From assembly GCA_900088475.1 (NCBI GenBank), contig FLMG01001143.1:1-64000 (forward strand): a stretch of DNA of 64,000 bases. The letters are read 5' to 3'. Made by a program: the position numbers and the translations under genes. A model generated the notes under the pieces. It saw nothing but the letters and a program-made list of their open reading frames with translations, was not told the origin of the DNA and ran no database searches. Of this stretch, positions 25,601 to 35,800 are shown piece by piece. Source of the DNA: Hyphochytrium catenoides. Lineage: Eukaryota; Protista; Hyphochytriomycota. Positions within the stretch are counted from its first letter, which is position 1. Every line of letters begins with the position of its first letter.

Positions 25601-27840
25601 CGGCCATTCCCTGAGGTAATCATAATTGGACCTGAATTACCATGGATAGATGGCGCGCTTGCCAACTTGACCGCCCCGCTGAATCGCTCCCCTGCGCCAC
25701 TCATAATCTCCACATTCCCTCCATCAGCAGCGTCGAGAGTTGTACCACCAATGATCGTGGTGGAAGCCCCTTTTCCCTTACCACTAGTCCCCGGTTCAAG
25801 GGAGATAGTACCACTCGAGCCACTCTGGGTTGGACCAGTCTGAATTGTGATCCGTCCACTAGTTCTCGCAGTAGGGCCGGAACTCAAGGTGATAGCGCCG
25901 CTTACTTGCCCAGCGGAGGCAGCTGACGCAAGAGTAACATCACCGGATGGTCCAATATCAGATAAGCCAGAGTACAGCTCCAAAGCCCCACCCTTCCCTT
26001 CCTGACTTGCACTTCCAGCTTGGAGCATGAGTATCCCACCTCGATGGGTGCCGCTGCCACCTTTCAACGAGAGTGAACCGCCTTCTCCAGAAGAATGAAT
26101 GACGGCATCTCCCGCCTGAAGAGTAATACTGCCACCGAGGCTGTTAGAGGATGAGTGTCCGCCCATGAGGGCAATCGAGCCGACTTCATCGCCCGACCCA
26201 GACCTCACAACGATTTCACCGGACCTTTCGGCGTTCGCAGAGCCCGTTTTAATCAAGAGTGAGCCGGAAGAAGCTTCCGCATTCCCCGTGCTAACTAGGA
26301 TCATGCCCGACGTTGCTGTGCTGGAACGGTCAGTGAGGAGAAAGATACTCCCACTACCGCTGCTTCCTTCCATCGTTGAAACCTCAACATGACCAGCGCC
26401 ACCGTTTTTGGATCCACCAGAATAAAGCTTGAGATGGCTTCCAGGTCCGTCCAAAGTCTCTCCTACACGCATTGAGATTTCCCCGCTACGGGTTGTGGCC
26501 TGTCCACTCGATAATGTAATACTTCCCGATTCTTCAGCAGCACCAATGCCAGTCTTTAGGAGCAAGGGCCCGCTGGAACCTCCCAGAGAGGAGGCGTCGG
26601 CAGATCCAAGCCTGACTTCCCCTGTGCCTCTTCCCCCAATCCCCGATTCCAGATACAACGGGCCTCCGAAGCCCATATTGCTACGGCCACCTCGCAGAAT
26701 GATACCGCCTCCAGTTCCAGATATTGCCTCACCGCCCTGCATCTTAATATCACCGCCGCTCCCTGAACCCTCTGTACCTTGCCGCCCATTTCCTCGTCCA
26801 CCGCTGAGCATTATCTCTCCCCCTTTTCCCCCGTTAGTGTTGAGACCGTTACCTGCAGCCACCATAATCAAGCCTCCAGCTTTGTCCATTTCTGTAGAAT
26901 CTCCTGATCTAATCTCTACTTCTCCGGCGCTAATGGCTTTGATGGCGTCCTCGGTGACACTAAGCTCAAACGTCTGCCCGGTCAAATCTTTCTGGCCTTC
27001 AATAAATAGAAAAGACAGAGTTTCTTTATGTAAGAACTAAAGCTTGCGACGGTCGAAATTGTTGGCACCTACCTTCGACCACAAGTTCTCCACCGCCATA
27101 AGAAGGATCTCGAGACACATGTAAGTTACCCTCAACGTGTTGAACTGGGAGAAGGGCAATCGGAACCGAGCAGCAATTACTACTTCAGAGCACCGCTCAA
27201 AAAACACCAGCCGAAGGGCCATTACCTTTTAGCAGAGAGCTGGGGCAGGGAGGTTCAAACACTGTAGCCCCGCAGGTTTCATAGTAAGTTTCCTCGAGGG
27301 CCAAACACGTCCTCTTCCCTGCACACCATGCGCAGTTACTGTTTTCCACACAGTCTCCACAGGACCTTAGGACTTGACATTGAGGCACCACTACGATATC
27401 GATTGAGATGTGTCAAACAACCAAGCAGGCGGCTTCCATGGCAACAAAGCGCAGAAGCTTACCTGGACACAGCACTTCCTCTCCATATAACCACTCTTCG
27501 GTAGGGCATCTCGTGCTAGTTTGCGAGGGACCATCCTGGTTTCCCTGAGTGCACTTCAGCGTAGCCAGACAAAATCCGCAGCCAGGAGTCGAGATACATG
27601 GATGACATAGTCCAACGAGATCCCTACGCATGCGTACCAACACAACAGTCAGAGTATAACACAACCGTGGGCTAAGTAGTCTACCTACCAGTACCCACTC
27701 CCTGACGCTTCAACAGATGTTGAAAGTTGTGAACAGGCATCCTGGGGTGCAGAGGATACTCCTGTCACCCCCAAGGAGGGCAAGAAAGCTGCTAAGAAAA
27801 AGAAAAGCGGCAGTCCGGCCAAAGCTCGCATGGCTCTCAT
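1..27840 (-). CDS. Giant secreted Gly/Ser-repeat (beta-solenoid/fibre-like) protein with 2 N-terminal PSI domains and an internal Peptidase S74/MYRF-type intramolecular chaperone; 3'-partial
   Basis: ATG 27840 gives MRAMRALAGLPLFFFLAAFLPSLGVTGVSSA (signal-peptide-like). Introns read by eye: 27624-27688, 27391-27462, 27145-27225, 26997-27072, 24967-25034, 23746-23814, 22316-22377, 21603-21679, 12710-12768, 12118-12182. These join the listed ORFs (25009-26985, 22316-25015, 21648-22343, 13150-21669, 12753-13199, 12175-12672, 4550-12154) into one repeat protein. After the gap, an unlisted stop-free frame runs from 4623 to base 1 (GAAENGAGGSILIKVG...GMVDVRAGRTSADGLTGGSI). Continuity across the two N-gaps is inferred, because the nominal gap lengths do not preserve frame. 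Confidence 0.85.
12360..12663 (-). other. Peptidase S74 / MYRF-like intramolecular chaperone autoprocessing domain
   Basis: P|SDRRIKEDIEDMD...YRYSETW...RGVIAQQLREVFPEHV...FHEIDTQALLVDVMAGLQ matches the SDxRxK...Y.Y...GVIAQE...PEAV signature. The Ser codon is at 12661-12663. Confidence 0.9.
27226..27623 (-). other. Two tandem PSI-like (plexin/semaphorin/integrin) Cys-rich domains of the giant protein
   Basis: Exon 27463-27623 encodes CHPCISTPGCGFCLATLKC...RCPTEEW...LCP. Exon 27226-27390 encodes CQVLRSCGDCVENSNCAWCAGKRTC...TCG...PCP. Both show the CxxC-x5-CxW/FC-x5-C pattern. Confidence 0.8.
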
Positions 27841-30272
27841 AAGAGACGCGCAACGAGCAATCGCCCGATCTGCCGCTAGGTAAGGGCTATCCTTGATCGA
27901 TGCTAATTGGCAAAAACAACCACAGGCTTAGTCAGGGCAGCAACGCTTTTGAGACAAACTGGTAAACTAAGTTCCCAGTGACGCTGGCAGTCAGACCTCA
28001 ACCTTCACTCACGTCAAAGACAACTCGGCTTGCAGTCAGCGCAAAGACTGATTACTTTGCGAACTTCTAGTCCTTCAATAAAATTAGCTTTTGCCGCAGT
28101 GAATAGTTCCAAGCTTCGGAGTAAACCTCAGCTCGTAAGAAGACAACAGTCCTAGCAGATTTGCTGAGTGGTGCAGTTCCTGCAGTACTCTTGCCCACAG
28201 CGCAGCGCCACAAAGAAAGAACCTCCTGAGGCAGTTCCAGCGATTTGTAGGGCATCAGAAGATCGAGGACTGGCGCGAAACCCGAGATCCATCACCTCAC
28301 TCAACTTCAAAAAAAGCAGATCACCTTTTCCCCTAGGGCTGTGGGGCTACGTCTAGCGTTAGGATGAATGCAGGTGATAAGCTTCCCACTGGGTAGCCGA
28401 GGGGTGGGAGGCTGATGTACGTTGAAACGACTACTCTTGGGCCACCTTACTGACAATGTTCTTTGGTTCCTCCTGGCCCTGAGAAAAGGGGCCAATGAGC
28501 CCTAACTGAAGCTTCCGTAAGCTTTGGGTAGTCTGAGGGGTATGTTTCCCTAGCGTGAAGTCCATGCTAATGATCTTAGAAATCTCTTCCCACCCACCGT
28601 ATTACTTGAGATGGGATTGCGATTGAACTCATATAGTTAAACACCTCATGCAAACTAGTGTTATTCCGGAATAAACTTGTTCGAATTGAGAATCATCAGG
28701 ATGGATGGGGCCTGAGGATAGCATTCTGCTTCCACATCTGATTCTGAACCATCCTCTCTCTACCTTCTGCACCATCCCTTCCTTTCCCTTCCTTGACCCT
28801 TTTGCCCTTTACCGCCTTTCCGTCCAGATGGCCCTGCCGTAGGGAGGGAAATAGGGGAGGGAAGGGGGGGGGGTAGAACTTCGTAGTACAGATGCTTGAT
28901 GTCTCCCTGGTTCAGACCCTTCCTCCTCCTCCTCCTCCCTTCTCCCCTGTCAAGCTGTCGAGCTCCTGTTTTCCTCTTCTTTGTCAAGTTTCTTCTAAGA
29001 TAAGAGGAGCAAGCGAAGGAGGAGGGGAGCAGGGAGAGACAAGAACGACGAGGTTACAGTAATATACTGCTTGAGTAATTAAAGTTTATTAGTTGTTGTT
29101 CTAACAACTTCCACCACCAGCATGGCATGCAAAAGAAGCACCAGGAAGACAACCCACTCAGTATCCGCTAAATAGGGTTAAATCTGAGCGGCCGAAGGCG
29201 GTGGCGCTGCGCCACCCGGGATTTTGTAGAAAGTACAGCCAAGAAGAGGAAAGACCCAGCGTGGCGATGGAGACCACTCTGTTTCACTCTCTTCTAAGAA
29301 TGTTGTACGAGTACTGTAGAGAAGAGTAACCTCTCGCTGAGTGACCCCACCGCGGACTTATCATCGGACTGACTTAGTCTCTGATAACTCAGTGCTACAA
29401 TAATCTACACTGGTCTCTACTGTGCTTCCTCAGTTATGTTCTCTATCGTGCGCTACGGTACCAACTCTAAGTGCTATTGTTGGTTCTCTCCCGAATGCTC
29501 CACGGTTGCTTCAGCCTCGCGCTGGTTCTTGCCTAGTAAGACTGAGAGTGGCTCCTTGTGAGCAACTTCTGATCTCATTAAATATAGAAAGATCTTGTTT
29601 GTCTAGTTGCTGAAGAGCGATCGTGTTAGCAACGTTATCGACCGCTGCTAAGGCGGACGTGACATGATACTCGAAGATGATAGAGCGTCTTCTTCATCAT
29701 CAAGGTGGGACAACGAAGAAGCAGAAGAGAACTTATACAACGTGAGAGACATTTTTCTAAATAGATGGAGTTCTGAAAAGAACGTGAAGCTTGGGAGGCG
29801 CGACCCTTTTTCCTTTAGATTTGCTTCTGGTGCCTCTCAGTCCAACTCTATGGTGCAGGAGATTGACCTGCATTAAACGAAGACCTTTTTAAAAAGACAC
29901 AGACCATTATGGCTGTAAACAATTACTAATGATGGTGCTTTACATCGGTTGGGAATGGCGAGGAGGAATAGGAGAAGACATCCGTTTGTCCATTTTTTTT
30001 TAAAACAATTATGAGGAGTACCACCAGATATATAACAACCCAAAAGGGCCAAAGCAGTGGGAAACTTGCTAATTGGATAATACTATAGTGAAAGGGAGGT
30101 CCAAGACAACGACTCAATCAAAGCCCACAGACATTATGCCTCCTCCTTGTTTTCCTTGAATGGCATGCGAACGCAACCAATGCCCGCTTCCTATGGAATA
30201 NNNNNNNNNNNNNNNNNNNNNNNNNNNNNNNNNNNNNNNNNNNNNNNNNNNNNNNNNNNNNNNNNNNNNNNN

Positions 30273-32061
30273 CTACAGCAAAATCTCGTTGTGGTAGCTC
30301 TGGGACAGTACTTTGTGTGGAAGAACGATACAGTTGCGAATGATGATCTCTGATCGGGCTTTCACAGATACGCCTGAGCGGTGGGTGTGGGGGCCGAATC
30401 CTAGTACGTTAGGGATAGAGTCCAAAGATCTATGAAGACAGCGACTCTTACCGAATATCGTTATATCCCGCGGGACATTCAAGCCTCTCTCTAACTGTTT
30501 TGCCTTGCCTGGGGGCTGACCTTCAATTCTGGTCCACTGTCCAATGGTAGAGTTCCAACCAATGATGCTAAACATGATGCAAGCCCTGTCCTTTATGATT
30601 GTTCCTTCGAGTATGATGGCATGGGCAATCCGAACACCTGCGCCAATCTGGCACCCGGCTCCTATTGTAACATTGGGACCTAATTTGGCTGATGCATGCA
30701 CCTTTAAGGGGAAGATGTTAACAACCAAAAATAGCAGCACTCCATTTTAGGGTTAGTACCTGGCAGGACGGATCAATTATTACGTTTCCCTCTATTGTGG
30801 GCATCAGCTTGCCACCATTGCTTGCGAGAAAAGTTGGGTCGGTCAACCGATAACGTTGCATGTAGAGCTCTGAACAGATAAGGGCCGCCCCAGGTGTCCT
30901 TATCTGCATCCATATATCGCCAGTTTCATAGAGGAAGACCTTGCCCTGCCCTGCAAGCGGCATCAAAATATCTTGCTCCATCTGTAGCTTGTCGCTGCTT
31001 TGACTCTCCTGCTAAGCAGTTAGTATAACGAGTAAAATGGTAGTCCAGCCATTTGGACTTACTTTGTAAAAGGACGCCACATCATCAGAGACCGTCAATT
31101 CCTGGTCGGATTTTAGCTTTTGCATTGCTGCCTTGTCACCCACTTCAGTTATGACATCCATTATTTCGCTTGAGAAGACGTAGACTCCGCAGTTTATAGT
31201 GTCACTCACAAAGCTATAGCCCAACAATCTGATCAGCAATCAGCGGAACGCGACGTAAGGCATTACTCTTACTGACGTTTCAGGTTTCTCGGCCCAGTGT
31301 AACACTTCTCTTGTCTTCGAGTGTGCAACTATGCACCCATAATTGCTAAGCTCCTCGGCCAGTACCTAGTTCCAACATTAAGACATACTGCATATACCTT
31401 CACTAGAGACTAAAAGCTAGGAGAGAGCTTACCCTTTTACCAAGTAGTGTTGCTAGCTGTCCATGTTTAATATGAAACTGAATCATTTCAGAGAGAGGAA
31501 ACGTGGAGCAGATGTCGTGATGCATGACCACAACGTGTGTAGGCTCTCCTGGGGGGAAAAACAGTCAGAGGTAAAGCATCACGCATCGTGTACGGTCCTA
31601 GGCTAACCTTTCAAGATCTCGGCCTTAAACATGCGGATACCTCCAGCGGTTCCGGAGGGTTGAGTTTCTCTCATGTATCTTTGTGATATGGGTGATGTTG
31701 AAAAATAGCATGTCGAGTCAGGCAAGCTGGAATGGAATCGAAGCGGCTAATAGTCCTTACCTACCTGATAGATACAAGGAGTTCTCTCTCCACCTTGGCA
31801 AAAAAGCGTGAGAAAAGGCCTTCGTCGTAGTGTCCAATCATAATGATCTCGTGCAGACTCTTAAGCTTGCTACATGCTTTGACATGATGGTAAAGAATCT
31901 CCCTTCCTGCCACTAGGAGAAAACTCGGTTAGATTTAGTTATGGTGCTGTATAAGCAGGTCCGGCACCTGGAAATAGTGGCTTCGGAAGGTCTAGAGAGA
32001 GAGGTCGAAAGGCCGTCGTACTATTAGAACCGCCAATAAGAATCACCGCCGTCACCTTCAT
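30273..32061 (-). CDS. GMPPA: Mannose-1-phosphate guanylyltransferase alpha-like (GMPPA-type subunit), multi-exon
   Basis: N-terminus MKVTAVILIGGSNSTTAFRPLSLDLPKPLFP/VAG; FVSDTINCGVYVF; MEQDILMPLAG...WMQIRTPG; hexapeptide region VHASAKLGPNVTIG; C-terminus RNCIVLPHKVLSQSYHNEILL* typical of the GMPPA subfamily. Confidence 0.9.
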
Positions 32062-32144
32062 CTCTCCAATGTGTAGGAAAGCCAAGCCAATGAGATGGCT
32101 CTATTAATGAGGTGTTAACGGCGTGGACCTTTCTTGATGTGGGT

Positions 32145-32158
32145 AGAGAGAGAGAGAG
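32145..32158. repeat. (AG)7 microsatellite between the divergent GMPPA and Raptor genes
   Basis: agagagagagagag read directly. Confidence 0.8.
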
Positions 32159-32816
32159 TAGCTGTACTCAGTTGATGCCACTTATTAACGTTATGAAGTT
32201 AGCTGCACGAAGGGTTCTGATAATCTCTCTCAAGCTCTGCAGAACCGCTATGAAGCGTGAAGAGGAGAAAGGAGAAAGCAGAAGCTGTCGCCCCCGACCA
32301 TGTCTTACGACTACTTTGACCTTCGCGCGTCAAGTAATTCGGCAGATAATCGTACAGTAGTACTTGCAATTGACAAGGCAAGCTTAAAGAGTCGCTAACG
32401 TGCAGTGTCGAGGCTGTGTGCAGTGAGCAGTGGGATCTAGAGAAAAGGCCTGAATTTCAAGTTCTAGGATGCTCTAGGTCTGGGATGATTTACTCATCTC
32501 TCGGCTCTGCCAGGCAAGGGTGCAACTCATCAGCCGCTGGCTCCAGTAGACTGTTAATTCGCGGCTTGCTTCACAGCGCGAGATTGCTCCTCTCTCTCTG
32601 TCGGTGCACCGAGAAAGATGGGTTATATAGCTCTCCTCTCATCAGGATTTTCTTCGGACAAGACTGAAGATTGAGCCTTCTGATGGAGGTAAGCCTCTGT
32701 GTCCTTGAAACTCCAGCATCTCTCAGGTTATCTAAAGTTTACCTGCCTTCATTCCGATTCAGCAGCTGGGAGGGCCCTAAAGGGAGCTTAGCTAAGCGTA
32801 ACGTTCGTGGAACGAG

Positions 32817-35800
32817 ATGGCTGAAACCTCAGGCAGTTCTGGCAAGGATAGCTTGAACCCCAAGCTCTACCTTAATGAGGAGAGGCATTACAGGTCCTAA
32901 CTCCTTAGTGTTCGCTTATCTTTATAACCGTGTCTGATTATCTCAACCTACAGCCCCTTCCTCTGGAAAAGCCAAAAGGACGGTAATGGGGTTGACACCC
33001 AAGAGGAGCAGCATCATGCCCAGCGGGATGTCATACAATGGCGAATACGCGAGAAAATGAAGACGGTAAGGCGCTTGGCGGCACTTCCTGGATCTCCGTT
33101 CGCATTAGCTAACTGTTGATCACTCTATTGGGGTAGGTTTGCGTCGGGTTGGTTGTTTGCTTGAATATCGGTACAGATCCTCCGGATGTCGTGAAAATGT
33201 CTCCTTGTGCCAGAAAGGAGTGCTGGATAGATCCCTTTGGAATGCCACCGCAGAAGGCTCTTGAGACAATTGGTCGACAGCTCCAAGCTCAGTATGAGAG
33301 GTGGCAGCACAGGGCAAAATACCGGGCCCGACTGGACCCTACGGTGGACGATGTGAAGAAGCTCTGCCAGTCAATGCGGAAGCAAGCTAGAGACGACAGA
33401 GTTCTTTTGCATTACAATGGTGAGGTGGCCCCTTTGTAACCTCATTGCCGTCTATGCTAAGAAGCTCATCAATTAGGGCATGGTGTCCCCCGTCCAACCC
33501 CTAATGGAGAGATTTGGGTTTTCAACTCCAACTATACGCAGTATATTCCGCTCTCCATTTATGATCTTCAAGCTTGGACAGGCAACCCTGCCATCTATGT
33601 CCTGGACTGCTCTGCAGCTGGGATCCTTCTGCAGCACTTTGGACAAGCTACGGGTGTCGGGATTGCAGCTGAGAACACTTTGGTGTGATGCTCTAAATCG
33701 TCCATAACATTGATTCATCTTTGACCTTGGCGTTTCCTTTTGTAGAACCAAGGAGCCTCACCCATTGTAATGGCTGCATGTGAAGCCAACGAGCTATTAC
33801 CTCAAAATCCAGAGTTCCCTGCTGACCTGTTCACAGCTTGCTTAACTACCCCCATCACTGTAGCACTCAAATGGTTCGTCAGTCAAAATAAGATTTCAAT
33901 GGGCTGCCTACAGCCAGGCTTCGTTGAAAGGTCAGAAATAAGCCAGTCTCCGCTCTCACTCATAGATCTATACTTATGACGGTGCCTCTCTCTTCTATGC
34001 GTTCAGGATCCCGGGAAAACTAACGGATCGCAAGACACCTCTAGGCGAACTAAACTGGATATTCACGGCAATCACAGACACAATAGCTTGGAATGTGCTT
34101 CCTCGGGACCTTTTTCAAAAACTCTTCCGACAGGATTTGTTGGTGGCAAGCCTCTTCCGAAACTTTCTTCTAGCTGAACGGATAATGCGATCTGCTAAAT
34201 GCTCTCCTTGCTCTTTGCCCAAGCTCCCTCCAACCCACAATCATCACCTTTGGGAGGTATGTTCCCCTAGGACCGTTGTCCTTGCGATGATCCACTTGCG
34301 GTGCTCATGACTGAAAGCTTTTCGTGCAGGCTTGGGATCTAGCAGCAGAAGTTAGCTTATCCCAACTTGCGAAGAGTATGACACCATCGCCCGTTGTAGA
34401 TGTCCAGCCCTCCCATTTTTTTGCTGAGCAGCTGACGGCTTTTGAGGTGTGGCTAGATTTTGGGCAGGAAGGCAGGCACCCGCCAGAACAGCTGCCAATC
34501 GTACTTCAGGTTTGTCTTTTGGAGACTGGCGGGTTAGCTGTACCTGACTTGCTAAATGCAGGTCCTTCTTAGCCAAGTACATCGCTTACGTGCATTGATC
34601 CTCCTTCGAAGATTCCTCGATTTAGGTAACATCACCCTCTGAAGATACTTGGGCTTGGCTTATACTATTCTCTCCATCATGAAACAGGGCCCTGGGCAGT
34701 TAATGCCGCCCTCTCGGTTGGAATCTTCCCTTACGTCTTGAAATTATTGCAGAGCCCTGCCCCGGAACTGCGGCAGGTAATGAACCTAACGTTCCCAAAC
34801 CCAGCACCTAGGATTTTTAAGGTCTATGTTAGGTGTTGGTCTACGTATGGGCAAGAATACTTGCGGTGGATAGGACTTGCCAAGTAGATCTCGTCAAGGA
34901 TAAGGGCCACGTATACTTCATCGAACACATTACAGAAGTAGCAAACAGAGCACCTAATAACCTTCCGCCTGCGGAGTTAGCTGAGCAAAAGGTTAGTCTC
35001 GTCGTGTTGTTACTGGCTAGAATGCTTACAGCTGATCCCATGTTGTCCGCACAGATGATGGCGATGTTCGTTCTCACACAGATTTGCGACAAGTATCCCT
35101 TAGGCCAGCTGGCTTGTCTAGATGAATCGTTACACCTAGTCTGCAAAAGTCACTTAAGTAATTATCACTTGCTCTTTATTAGGCTATTGAGATCTTCTAA
35201 TTATCGACCTCTGATAGGGCATCCCATGCCTCAGCTGAGACTGTGGAGTTGCTATTGTCTAGCAAAGTTGTGGGAAAATTTTGAAGATGCCAAACGAATC
35301 TCGGAACGAGGAGGTGTTTTGGAGATCTTAGTGGCTACCCTCGGGGATGAGGTAATGTGTTCTCCAACTATGCTCGTCCGATGGCTCATGTGCGGTCAAT
35401 TAGGTCCCTGAGTGTAGAGCAGCTGCAGCCTACGCGTTCGGTGAATTCCTGCGCTTCGATGACAGCACCTACGGATCTGTTCCTCACCCCTATGAAGGTC
35501 TCTTCACACAAGACCCATGAACTTTTGTGCGATGCGTCTGTGTACTTACTTGCAGTTTCTTTGTAGGCGAGTATGCCACCCGTAGGAGAGGCATTGATCT
35601 ATCTATTGGTATGGAACTGAGTTGGGCATGTGGAGACGGTAGTCTACTTGTCCGGCATTCAGCTGTACTGGCTTTGGCCCTTTTGATCTTGCACCCTGTC
35701 CATCGAGACACTTTCGTAGCTGCTGCAACGGAATACGTGGACCATTCCCGAAAGCTGAGTACCGATAGAGAAAAGGTGAGGCGCAAGTCGCCAAATTATA

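Noticed and set aside
584-27040. Dozens of Pro-rich plus-strand ORFs
   Set aside because: Antisense shadows of the Gly-rich minus-strand gene (GGN runs read as CC-rich codons); they mirror its periodicity.
29422-30117. Short ORFs in the intergenic region (e.g. 29664-29876)
   Set aside because: No recognisable domain or convincing exon chain; left uncalled.
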